64,000 nucleotides of DNA from Octopus vulgaris (Eukaryota): assembly GCA_951406725.2 (NCBI GenBank), contig OX597817.1:173848001-173912000 (forward strand), written 5' to 3'. The position numbers and the translations under genes were made by a program. Positions 49,866-63,032 of this stretch are shown in pieces. How positions within the stretch are numbered: the first letter of the stretch is position 1; each line of letters opens with the position of its first letter. The notes beneath the pieces were generated by a model. It was not told the origin of the DNA. It saw nothing but the letters and a program-made list of their open reading frames with translations, and made no database searches.

Positions 49866-50041
49866 AATACAGTGAACTTGTGGTGAGGAATGCAAAATCA
49901 CACATTTTGGAGAGAGTTCTTCTTCAAGGAAAAGTTGAAAGGAGAGAATTTTATTAATTTCTCTCCTTTCAACTCTTCTCTAATGAAGGATTTTGTCTGA
50001 AATGTAGGATTTTCTGCTCTTCACAGTAAGTTCACTGTATT
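49866..50041. repeat. aged palindrome with a decayed hammerhead-like motif in each arm
   Basis: AATACAGTGAACTT...GTTGAAAGGAGAGAA / TTCTCTCCTTTCAAC...AAGTTCACTGTATT. The right arm contains CUAAUGA-AGGAUUUUGUCU-GAAAUGUA. Confidence 0.7.
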
Positions 50042-50569
50042 CCTTTTATTGATTTTACTAAATTTTACAAGTCTTGCTGACACAGACCAACACCAGCCAC
50101 TTTGGAATCTATTTGATTAGAGATACCATCTTCAATAAGCAGAATATTTTATCAAAATGAAAATTGATGGTAATTAGTTACTCACAAGAACTAGTAAGAA
50201 TTATTACATATGCACAAGGACTAAAAGGAATTAGTCCTTGTGTATAACAAGCCATCAAATACCAGTGCTTGCTTTTCTTTCTCATTTTGCTTTTGGTTTC
50301 CAAGAATATTTTTGTTCTTTCCTTATCTTCTGTCTTTTACTTGTCTTAGTCACTGGACTGTGGCCAATGTTTTAGTTGAATGACTTGACCTCAATGCTTA
50401 TGTTTTTTTGCTAAGTCAGGGACTTGGTCTGTTGGTCAATTGTACCAAACTGCTAAGTCACGGGGACATAAACAAACCAATGCTAGTTGTCAGGTAGGGG
50501 AGGAGGGACAGAGACACAAACACTCACACACGTCACATATACATATATATATATATATATTATATATAT

Positions 50570-50604
<35 letters not shown>

Positions 50605-50655
50605 GCTCCGTGTGGGCAGTCATCTAAAAGTGTTTGTTCATCTTGATGCTGACAT

Positions 50656-50760
50656 AAATTCCTTGTTTTTCCTGATGAGAAGGTGGCATAATGCACCCCT
50701 TATTCCTTCGAAATTAGGAATATGCAGCCTTCGAAACATATGTTGAGAATAAAGGAATTT
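50656..50760 (+). ncRNA. type I hammerhead ribozyme motif, core intact, extended stems I and II
   Basis: AAAUUCCUUGUUUUUC-CUGAUGA-GAAGG...CCUUC-GAAAC-AUAU-GUU-GAGAAUAAAGGAAUUU. Stem I pairs 14 of 16; G10.1-C11.1 present; stem III is the palindrome ACAUAUGU. Confidence 0.82.
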
Positions 50761-50944
50761 TGTTAAATCATCGTTCAACTCCATTCTTTTATTTATTTGT
50801 ATTAAAAAAACACACAAATTTCCACACGAAAGCACGTGATCTCTGTCCTTGGCATGTAGCTTCAACCGTGTTTTTTCTGACATGAATTTGCTACCCAGGT
50901 ATCGGTTAACCGAATTATCCATACTAAGATAATTCATTCAACTA

Positions 50945-50980
<36 letters not shown>

Positions 50981-53048
50981 GCTCCAACCATTTCTGTCTA
51001 CCAAATCCACTTGGGCCAGGGCTATAAAATATGACACTTGTCCAAGGTGCCATGCAGTGGGACTGAACCCGGAACCATGTGGTCAGGAAGCAAACTTCTT
51101 ATCATGCAGCCATGCCTGTGTCTATATAATGGACAGCTAACTAAAGCAAGTAGTTTTATACAGATGTCTGTTCAATGACAACTACTACTCAAATCACGAA
51201 GCAGGAAGGGTTTCTCTATTTCAATAAAGTAAGGATTTAACAAGAAATCTGTAGTCACCATCATCATCATCATCATTTTAACATCCATTTTTCTATACTC
51301 TTTTACTTGTTTCAGTCATTTGACTGCAGCCATGCTGGAGCACCACCTTTAGTCGAGCAAATCGACCCCAGGACTTATTCTTTGTAAGCCTAGTACTTAT
51401 TCTATCAGTCTTTTTGCCAAACCGCTAAGTTACAGGCTTCTTTCAGTTTTCATCTGCCAAATCCACTCACAAGGTTTTGGTTGACCTGAGGCTATAGTAG
51501 AAGACACTTGCCCAAGGTGCCATGTAGTGGGACTGAACCCGGAACTATGTGGTTGGGAAGCAAGCTTCTTACCACACAATCACACGTACACCTATGATGG
51601 TGATGCTTGTTTACAATCATCACATAGTGTCGTGTCAAGGGTGTAAACATATACACAAATACACACGCTCACACATATATGACAGGCTTCTTTCAGTTTT
51701 CCATCTACCAAATCCACTTCAATCAGCCTGGGGCTTTAGTAGAAGATACTTGCCCAAGTTAACACACAGTGGGACTGAATCCAAGACCACATGGTTGAGA
51801 AGCAAGCTTGTTAACCACACAGCTATTTCTGTGCCTCACTGTGCCATGCCAGCTTAGTGTGGATATGAAATCAGGAAAGAACCTTTACATCATGGTTTTG
51901 TTGTTTTGTTGTTTTTCATGACCCAGAGACAAAAAAGAAAAAAGTAAATAGGAGTCACAACACTGATGATAATGCCTTAGTAACTCATCAATGTTATCAA
52001 TACAATGTATAAATGTTGAGCAATTTTCATGGGTTAATAAGTTGTTTCAACTTGAGGGGATGTTACTGTTCTTTAAATTCCAATGTGGCTAATGAGTATC
52101 ATCATCATCATCATCATCATCTAATGTTCTCTGTTGTCCATAAGTCGGATGGGTTGACAGGATCTTATTTCTTTATTGCCTACAAGGGGCTAAACATAGA
52201 TGGGACAAACAAGGACAGACAAAAGGATTAAGTCGATTACATCGACCCCAGTGCATAACTGGTACGATGGGTCCAAGGACTGTACCAGGCCCCACTTTTC
52301 TGTTTCAGCATGGTCTCTATGGATGGGAGCCCTTCCTAATGCCAACCACATTACAAAGTGTACTGGTGTACTGGGTGCCTTTTTTCACACTACCAGCACT
52401 ACTGAGATCCCCATGCAACTCACAAGACTATGAGCCCTAAGAGAGGTGGGGGGGGTCAGCTTTATACTTGGAGATTAAAGTATGTGAGAAGCTGGGGGGA
52501 GAGAGGGAGGGCAGAGCAGGTTCTTGCAGAAGATTTGCATGGCTACTCAAATTTAGTAAGAGAGGGAGAGAATGATCAGTAGGAGCTGCAATGAGATAAG
52601 ATAGGGGACATGAGTATATTCCACATAATAAAGCAGCATAGATTTGGTTTCACTGAATGACAGCTTCATACAACCTTTAAGTATTTTATTTCTGAGTGTA
52701 GATTAACGAAAATGAAGCAAATTGGACCTATCTGAGTAAACAGAATTTGCTTCATAGCTTGCATGGGAGAAATAAATTAAAGCTAAGCACAAACATTTAC
52801 TGCAATGTTAGAGTTATTACGAAGTACTCTCAGTGGGTCAGAGAAAATTTAATGACAGACTTGCAGACACTGACTAAGCAAATGCTAAGCATAAAGATAT
52901 TTCACTGAAAACACCTAAATAGTTGCCTTCTTAAGTTACTGACGACAATACAGTTATATAAAATGATAGGAGGTTTAAACTTTTTTTTTTCCACAAAATT
53001 TTCATTAAAATTTCATAAGTTTTTCCTTTAGAATATTTTTCATTTCAG

Positions 53049-53097
53049 CTGAAAACTATTGCAGAGTAAAACTTCAGTTAATCTTATTTTTTAACAA
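53049..53097 (+). CDS. candidate small exon of an unidentified plus-strand gene
   Basis: TTTTTCATTTCAG acceptor and GTAAGA donor; (A)ENYCRVKLQLILFFN; phase-compatible with 44705-44764. Confidence 0.25.
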
Positions 53098-53660
53098 GTA
53101 AGAGGCAGGAGATGAAAGAGAGCCAGGAAATTGGAAGCACGGTGGATAAAGAGGATATTTCTGAAGGCATATGGGAACTTCTCCTTGTAGACATTGCAGC
53201 AGCAACAGACAATGAATTCTCTAATGGAAAACATAGTTGCTTCAGGCATTGCACTGTAGCCATGCTGGGGCACTGCTTCGAAAGGTTTACTTGTGTGGTA
53301 CATATTCTATCAATCTCTTGTGCTGAACTGCTAAGTTACAGGGATGTAAGCACACCAACACTGGCTGTCAAGTGGCATGAGAACACACACAAACACATAT
53401 ATACACAAACATACATACATAGGCACATATATATGTACATACATACGTACGTATGTACATACAAACACATACATACCCACATACATATATACACACATAG
53501 ACACGTACGTATATATTCATACACACAAACACATGTACGTACATACATACATATATGCATATACACATACATACATACAAACGTACATACATATATATAT
53601 ATACATACAAACATACATACATACATACATACACACATACATACATACACACACATACCT

Positions 53661-53693
<33 letters not shown>

Positions 53694-53829
53694 TACACAA
53701 ATCACTGGAACTGTAAAAATCTGTAAAACTTTCCAGGAGTTTATGAGTTAAACATATATGAGTATGTCTAGATATGCAACTATATGCATGAGAAGGCATA
53801 CATAAAACAAAACATACAGATCTGAACAT

Positions 53830-54106
53830 ATACATACATACATACAAATGTGCATACATACACACATACTTACATACATACATACATACATACACACATA
53901 CTTACATACATACATACATACACACATACAAACATACATACATACACACATACATACATACATACATACATACACACATACATATATACATACATACATA
54001 CATACAAACATACATACACACATACTTACATACATACATACATACACACATACAAACATACATACATACATACATACATACATACATACATACAACACAT
54101 ACATAC

Positions 54107-54137
<31 letters not shown>

Positions 54138-55900
54138 CACACATACAAACATACATACATACACACATACATACATACATACATACACACATACATACTT
54201 ACATACACACATACATACATACATACATACACACATACATACATACATACATACATACATACATACATACATACACACATACAAACATACATACATACAC
54301 ACATACATACATACATACACACATACATACTTACATACACAAATACATACATACATACATACACACATACATACATACATACATACATACATACACACAT
54401 ACATACTTACATACATACATACATACATACACACACATACATACATACATACATACATACATACATACATACATACATACATACACACATACATACACAC
54501 ATACATACGTACATACATACATACATACATACACACACATACATACATACAAACGTACACACATACATACATACATACATACATACACACATACATACAT
54601 ACATACATACATACATACATACATACATACATACATACACACATACATACATACATACATACATACATACACACATACATACATACATACATACATACAT
54701 ACATACATACATACACATACATACATACATACACACATACATACATACATACATACATACATACATACATACATACACACATACATACATACATACATAC
54801 ACACATACATACATACATACATACATACAACATACATACATACATACATACATACACACATACATACATACATACATACACACATACATACATACATACA
54901 TACATACACACATACATACATACATACATACATACATACACACATACATACATACATACATACATACATACATACATACATACACACATACATACATACA
55001 TACACACATACATACATACATACATACATACATACATACATACATACACACATACACACATACACACATACATACATACATACATACATACACGCATACA
55101 TACATACATACATACATACATACATACAAACATACATACATACACACATACATACATACACACATACATACACATACACACACACACACACACATACAAA
55201 CATACATACATACACACATACATACATACACACATACATACACAGATACATACATACATACACACATACATACATACATACACACATACTTACATACATA
55301 CATACATACACACATACAAACATACATACATACATACACACATACATACATACATACATACATACACACATACATACATACATACATACACACATACATA
55401 CATACATACATACACACATACATACATACATACATACATACATACATACTTACATACATACATACATACACACATACATACATACTTACATACATACATA
55501 CATACATACACACATACATACATACATACACACATACATACATACATACATACATACATACATACATACATACATACATACATACATACATACATACATA
55601 CATACACACATACATACATACATACATACACACACATACTTACATACATACATACATACACACATACAAACATACATACATACATACATACATACATACA
55701 TACACACATACATACATACATACATACATACACACATACATACATACACATACATACATACATACATACATACATACATACATACACACATACATACATA
55801 CACATACATACATACACACATACATACATACACATACATACATACACAGATACATACATACATACATAAAACAAAACATACAAATCTGCATACATACATA
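53830..55900. repeat. ~2-kb degenerate (CATA)n microsatellite
   Basis: Continuous CATA/CACA/CTTA/CAAA units; source of the HTYI/MYVC pseudo-ORFs. Confidence 0.97.
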
Positions 55901-56316
55901 CTTACAAACAAACAAACAAATAAAAATACCCTGTTGTTGATGTTGAAGTTCCAATGAAGGAACCTTGGGTCTAGGTTAGAAACCAGCTCTTTCTCTGTTG
56001 GCAAGAAATCTTGAAATAAAGCTGAATAATGACATACATACATAGCACATGAATATCTTTTAAATATATTTTACTTGTTTCAATCACCGGACAGTGGCCA
56101 TGCTGGGGTAGCATCTTGAAGGGTTTTAGCTGAATGAACCTGGTACTTATTTTATCAGTTTCTTTTGCCAAACTGTTAAATTGTAGGAACATAAACAAAC
56201 CGACACCAGTTGTCAAGCAATGTTGGACAAATACAAACACAATCACAGATACACACTCACATACATAATATATACATATATACATATACACATAATACAC
56301 ACATATGCACGCACAT

Positions 56317-56353
<37 letters not shown>

Positions 56354-58317
56354 CATGGGCTGCAATAATTTTTTGCACAAAATTAATAAATAAAAACAGT
56401 GCATTCCATTGATATTTAAATCTATTCTTGCACCGAGTCATTTACATGTTTTTGTGTCTGCTTGTGCAGAAGAGAGAAAGAATGAAAGAAAGAGAGGGGG
56501 GGGAGGAGAAAGATAGAGAATAGAGAGAGGGGGAAGGAGAGACAGAGGATAGAAAGAAAGAGAATAGAGAGAAGGGGAAGGAGAGAGATGAGATTAAAGA
56601 GAGCATTCCAGACAATATAATACTTGACTCATATAAATTTATCCCTTGACATATTCAGAAAAGCAACGATGGCTTGTGTGAAGGTTTCTCTCAAGATACG
56701 ATCCATATCTACATTGTTTCCTGTGAATACATTTCTACTAAAAACACTAAATGTATGAGTACCAAGTCACTAAAAAACAGACAGTTGCAATGTACAACAT
56801 ATGTATGTATTTGAAACTGTAAGATAATTAAAAATTACTTGCAAAACAGATTTAGTTTTGAAACATGACAATGGCATACCTATAGGCGTAGGCACTGCTG
56901 TGTTGTTTGGAAGCTTGCTTTGCAAACTATGTCATTTCAGGTTCAATCCCACTGCACAGTACCATGGGCAAATGTTTTCAATGATCACCCCCAGGTCGGC
57001 CAATGCCTTGAGAGTGAATTTAGTAGAGAGAAATTGTGTGGGAACCTATCGTGTATGTGTGTGTGTGTGTGTGCGTGCACTTGTCATCTCAACCCTCTTG
57101 CTTGACAGCCAATGTTGGTTTGTTTATGTCCCTGTAACCTAAAAGTTCAACAAAAGAGACTGATAGATCAAGTACTAGACTTAAAAAATAAGTGCCGGTG
57201 CCGATCCGTTATATCTCATAGTTTCCATGTCATCATTTCTAATAACAGAAGAGCCTCAGGGTTAGTACAATGGGATCTGTCATCACTATCGTCAACTGGT
57301 TCCATGGCACTGAATAAAGCAGTATGCAAATTTACCAAGTTTGATACCATGAATTCCAATTCTTTCCAATTGAAACTCCTCCTCCTGAAAACTTCAGACT
57401 TCAGGAAACAACTCAATAGAATCAACAACCTTAATATCAGAATAATCCTGAACTCCATGATGTAATTCCTGTTCCATAATGATTCCCACTATTTAAAAAA
57501 AAGGAGCTATGACATGGCTAAGATCACTGGCCTCATCAAATTATTTATCCAAGATAATCTAATGAATGTACATGCCCTGACAGTTCGACCCTATACAGAA
57601 AGGACAGCTTGGCAATATGAATGGCCTTACCATAGATAGGTTTAGAAAACATATTTCTTTCTGTAGGCAGAAGTCCTGAAATTTTGGGACTGGGGACTTC
57701 AACCGGTACTTATTTTATTGACTCTGAAATGATGAAAGGCAAAGTTGACCTCAGTGAAATTTGAACTCAAAACATAAAACCAAAAGAAATTCACAAATCG
57801 TTTTGTCTGGGATGCTAATGATTTTGCCAATTTTGCTGTCTTAAGTTCAGGAAAACATTAAAACATCTTCAAGGAGTTTGGCTGAAATATAACAGCTACT
57901 ACCAGCTTAGATTGATTTCATGGATGCCGCCTGAGACTTCATGACTGACAAAATGCTACCCCTACAGAAAGAAACTCATGAGCGAACAGTTTATATATTC
58001 AGGAATGGCTTTCATAAGAAAACTGTATATGTCTGTAGAAGCTGTGGTCAGAAATCTAGTCACAGGCATCAGCAGAAGAAGCTCTAATTTAGTGGCAAAC
58101 AGGAAGATTTTCAACCAGGCTGAATCCCATTATGAGACACTAATGAGAAATGGACTTGCTGAGAAGTTGGTGTATATGAAGAATCCTCTGCCTCATAGTC
58201 ATACCTAAAGGGGTTAAGAAGAGAAGGGTGATATGGTTCAATCTCCCATGCTATCTCTGCTAATATTTCTAGAAGTTTCTGCTTTAATTAGACAGAATTT
58301 CTCAAACACTTGTAAGT

Positions 58318-58718
58318 ACTCTTTTACTTGTTTCAGTCATTTGACTGTGGCCATGCTGGAGCACTGCCTTTTAGTCAAGCAAATCGACCCCCCCCAAGAC
58401 TTATTCTTTGTAAGCCTAGTACTTATTCTATCGGTCTCTTTTGCCGAACCACTAAGTTACGGGGACGTAAACACACCAGCATCAGTTGTCAAGCAATGTT
58501 GGGGGAACAAACACAGACACACACACATACATATACATATATATACATATATACAATGGGCTTCTTTCAGGTTCCATCTACCAAATCCATTCACAAGGCT
58601 TTGGTCGGCCTGAGGCTATAGTAGAAGACACTTGCCCAAAGTGCCACGCAGTGGGACTGAACCCGGAACCATGTGGTTTGTAAGCAAGCTACTTACCACA
58701 CAACCATTCCCACACCTA
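58318..58718 (-). mobile_element. SINE family A, well-preserved copy
   Basis: Reverse complement of the family at 44291-44669. Further copies near 12200-12630, 34610-34980, 39060-39430, 50335-51120, 51300-51590 and 56880-57190. Confidence 0.85.
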
Positions 58719-60029
58719 CTATAAACTTTTCAATGCTTATCACATTAAGGTTAGATACTCATACTTAGATAATATCTTACCATCATGTACTACAACAGAA
58801 AGAAAAAAACATGCACTCTCACAAAATCATCCTACAACCCAGCCTGTAACTAGCAAAAACTGGGTGAATCTTGCTTCTCAAAGACTGTGATCCACCACAT
58901 GACAGCTGTAGGAGCCAAAAAGCCAATGATTCCTAGAGATCATTCATACAAAAACTTCATGTACAGAAACATGGAAAACTCCACTTCCCTGTTTCACTCA
59001 TTCTGGAAACTTTGGGACCAGACACATGACTTGCCTAACATTACATGGAACATCCTTGACAAGGCATTTTGTTGCTCATCTCGAGTTTGAAACTGTCAAC
59101 TCTGCCTGGCAGCCTGCAGTATCTATCAACAGGCCAACTTAACTACAAGATATAATCCCTGCTTGCCCATAGAGAGATTATTCTCCTCCTCTCTACCCCC
59201 AGTGTCACCTACCATCAAGTATATTTAGGCCTAACACACCACTCAATGACCTAATTCAGCAAGTGTGCATTTCCATGTGATAAGAAATCTAACACCATCA
59301 TACTCATTTTCAAGATATCATTATATATGTTGCATCTGATATCCAACAATATTTAACATTTTTTTTCTTCAGAATGATTCCATATGCCCTCCAGTTACCA
59401 TGTGTGAGACCTTTCAAAGTTCTCAGCTTTTTTTGTCAGGATAATGTGCAACAGGGGAGACTGTGCTAGTCTGGTCATGTGATACAGATGGATGAGGGCA
59501 GTTGCATAAAGAAATGCCAATCACTTAAAATGGAGAGAAGCTGAGGAAAAGGGAGACTCAGGAAGACGTGGGATGAAGTACTGAATGCCGATAGCAAAAT
59601 GCAGAGCCTTATGAAGGGGATGACAGAAGAGCAAGATATGTGGTACATTGTTGTACTCAAGAAGACCTGCCAAACTCAACAGAAATGATATCCTAAAATC
59701 AAGGCACCACATAAAAAGCACTAGTGGTGGTAGTGGTGCTGGTACTATCAAAAACACTGGTGTTAGTGACATGTAAAAAACTCTGGTGATATGCCACATA
59801 GAAAGTACTTGTGATGGTACCATATAAAAAGCACTCAGTATACTCTATAACATGGTTGTTGATAAAAAGGGCATCTAGCTGTGGAAATCAAGCCAAAAAT
59901 TAAACCATGAGTATGACATGAGCCTTGAAGCCATCTAGTAAATTTGAATAATAACTGGCTTGAACTGTGGCAACCGAAGCCATTTCAAAAAGCAAACATA
60001 AAATGTTGATAATGATGATGCTGATAACG

Positions 60030-60740
60030 AATCTATAGAAGATTTTATATGTGGCAGATGTACAGTAACAATAAACACTAAGGACAGATAAGAAATAGAT
60101 TTTCTCAAACGCCCAGGAGACTCTGCAGAGGCTGTAGATAGTTTCTATTACCTAGACGACTTAGTTAGCAGTGGTGGATGATGTTCTGAAAGTATAGTTG
60201 CTAGAATGAGAATAGGATGGAGAAAGTTTAGAGAACAATTACTTATGTTGGTAAGAGGCCTCTCTCTCAGAGTGAAATGCAGATTGTATGAAGCTTGTGT
60301 ATGAAAAGCTATGATGCATAGTAGTGCGACATGTACTCTGAATGAAGACATAAAGAGTGGAGAGGAATGAAGCCAGTATGCTCTGATGAAGCCAGTATGC
60401 TCTGATGAAGCCAGTATGCTCTGATGGATGTGCAATGTCTGTGTGCAAGTAGGATAAAATGCAAATGTGTTGACAGAACAATTAGGCATAAGTGGAATCA
60501 GGTGTAGTGTGCAATAGCAAAGACTGATGGTTTAGTCATGTGATGCGTAAGGATGAGGACAGCTGCATAAAAAAGTGTTGATTGCTTAAAGTGGATGGAA
60601 CTTGTGGAAGTAGGAAACCCAGGAAGACATAGGATGAAATAGTGAAGGCTGATCTCAAGATATTGAGCCTCATAGAGGAGACAACAGACTGGGATGTCTG
60701 GTGGTAAAAGGTTCTTGACAAGACTCACCCACCTCAACAA
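60030..60740 (+). mobile_element. decayed RTE LINE 3' coding fragment
   Basis: Remnants of VSSGG-CSESIVARMRIGWRKFRE and RKPRKT; a 19-bp unit is triplicated at ~60367-60425. A further RTE 3' remnant lies at ~59445-60020. Confidence 0.75.
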
Positions 60741-61439
60741 AACTGAGTTCTATATGCTCTCCACCCACGCTACATTGATTCACCTACCCACCCCAATAAA
60801 ACCAAACTACATCTCATTATGTACCACACCTACCTTCTCCACTGTTCCTACAGTCTACCCCACTTTTCATCTCTCTCTCTTTTGTCCTCCCCCTGTTAAC
60901 TGTATTGTTACTATCCAGCTGCCTTTCCCCAAACTTACTCTATTCTGCATCCTTCCATCCTCCACATGACTCATTGGTTATGGTCCTTCAACGCTACCCA
61001 ATTTTTCCTACTCCCCGTCCAATCTTGCAATTATCCCAAACACCCATTCCTAATCAGCCTGTGCCTTGTGTGGCTACTTGGACACCTCATCTCCATTATT
61101 GATCACTCTTCCTCTTCTCTACTAAATGTGATCAAACATGTCAATCTTCTATAAGAACCTACTCTTCCCTCCTTATCCACTTTCTCTCATACTTAAACCC
61201 TTGGTACCCTAGCATAAAGCTAACCACACTCCCTTGTGGGTGGGGGTCATAGTCTTATGAGCAGCATGGTGACCTCAATAGTGCAGGTGGCACAAAAGAA
61301 GCACCCAGTACATGCTGTAAGATGATTGGTGTTAGAAAGGGCATCCAGTTGTAGAAACAATGCCAAAGCAGACATTGGTGCATGGACCCATTGAATCTTG
61401 TCAGACCAACCAATCCATGCCAATTAAATGATGGTGATG

Positions 61440-62165
61440 ACTGGCAGCCAATCGTTCTTGAGGGCGTGGAGCTGGAGGATGTGAAGTCCTTCGTCTACCT
61501 GGGTTCAACGGTTGCTCCAACGGGCCAGGGCGCAACCGAGGTCGAGCGTCACATAGGTGCTGCCGGACCCGCGTTCGTGCGCCTCCAACAGTGCCTGTGG
61601 AACAGAAGAGGGATCTTCTCGGTGACCAAAGGGCAAATCTACCAGGCCGTCGTTCGTACTATCCTCCTCTATGGTTGAGAAACATGGCTTATGAGGGTTG
61701 TCGATCAGCGAAGGCTGGGGTGTTCGACAATGACTGTCTCCGCCACATTCTTCACTACCGACACATTGATCGGGTTCCTACAGCCGGTCTTCATCATCAC
61801 CTGAATCTCCAGCCCCTCCCTTCGATGCTTCTACAACGGCGCTTAAGGTGGTTCGGTCATGTATCCTGGCGTCCAGAGGGTGAACTGATTCGCGATGTCC
61901 TCCTCCCACCTCCACTTCCCAACTGGCGCAAACGCACGGCCGGGCAGCTGAAGACCTGGGCAACGACGATAAAGGAGGACCTCTCCGATCTCTCAGGTCC
62001 GCAGGTGGTCGGTCTGCGCAGATGGAACCGCAAATGGCTCGCTATCTCCAGTGACCTCGCACAGGACCATCGAGCGTGGGCCACCATGGTTCGTGATCCT
62101 GTCAGGACCAGAGAAGAAGCCAGCTCAACCAGCCCTGGGTGAATACCATCACACGTACAAGTAAG
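61440..62165 (+). mobile_element. GC-rich RTE-type LINE 3' end from a second, distinct family
   Basis: LEDVKSFVYLGS...IYQAVVRTILLYG*ETW...FDNDCLRHIL...RRLRWFGHV...GQLKTW; ends near CAAGTAAGT. Confidence 0.8.
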
Positions 62166-62299
62166 TGATGACAATGATGTTGAGAGAGGTTATATTATTA
62201 ATTCTCTAGGTAAGCTCAGGATTAAGAGTATATCTTCTTTTAATCAGAGGACACAGGTGCCAGACGAAACAGATCTGTAACAAAGCTACCCAGATATTT

Positions 62300-62900
62300 T
62301 TCTTAGTTTGCTTCAGAGAATATTATCGTGTGCAATTTCCACAGTGCAAGGCTATTTCTCTGATGACTGTTAGGTCTTGTCTTCATTCCTACATATAAAC
62401 CTTTAGTCACTGTTAAATTCTAGGTTTTGCTTCCATACAGCTATGAAAATTAGGTCATAAGTGTACAAGTGTTCCATCAGAAAGCTTTGTATAAAGACCT
62501 GTTATCACCTATAATACAGGAGAGGTGGTTGAGAACCAAGCCTTGGCAAACACCTACCTGTGTACTTAATTCCTTGCTGAATTCATTGCTAACTCACACC
62601 TTGTTTACAGCATCTCTATCATGGTTCGTATGGTTCCCATAAGCCATTCATCTGTAACTAGTTTTCTTAGCAACCACCAGACTACAACACATGGAGTCCT
62701 GTCAAAGGCCATTCTCCAAGACAATGAATGTTAGGTAGAGTAGCTTACATTTATTTAAGTACTTCTCATGCAATTGTCTATCTCTAAATAGAGTGATACT
62801 TCAATTTGGCTGAAGACATCAAGTGCACCTCAGCTCAGTTAATTTTCTTTCTCATAAGTTGTGTGATCATTCTTTCAATAACATTAACCTGTTCATCAGT
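62300..62900 (-). mobile_element. highly decayed RTE RT fragment
   Basis: Minus-strand remnants AFDR...WWLLRKLVTDEWL...QVGVCQGLVL; boundaries are approximate. Confidence 0.65.
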
Positions 62901-62986
62901 TTGATCTTCTTTGCTCTTGTATCATATATGTATGTATGTGTCTTCTATATATATATATATATATGTATGTATGTGTGTGTGTGTAA

Positions 62987-63017
<31 letters not shown>

Positions 63018-63032
63018 CATATATATACGAAC

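Noticed and set aside
53336-56043. Long HTYI/MYVC ORFs, and similar ORFs near 3500-4450, 17540-17890, 33490-33860, 35340-36040 and 38370-38780
   Set aside because: Translations of (CATA)n, (TA)n and (CA)n microsatellites, which lack stop codons by composition.
57200-59300. Possible very old plus-strand LINE remnant interleaved with SINEs
   Set aside because: Only vague motif echoes; no alignable RT or endonuclease motif could be established by eye.
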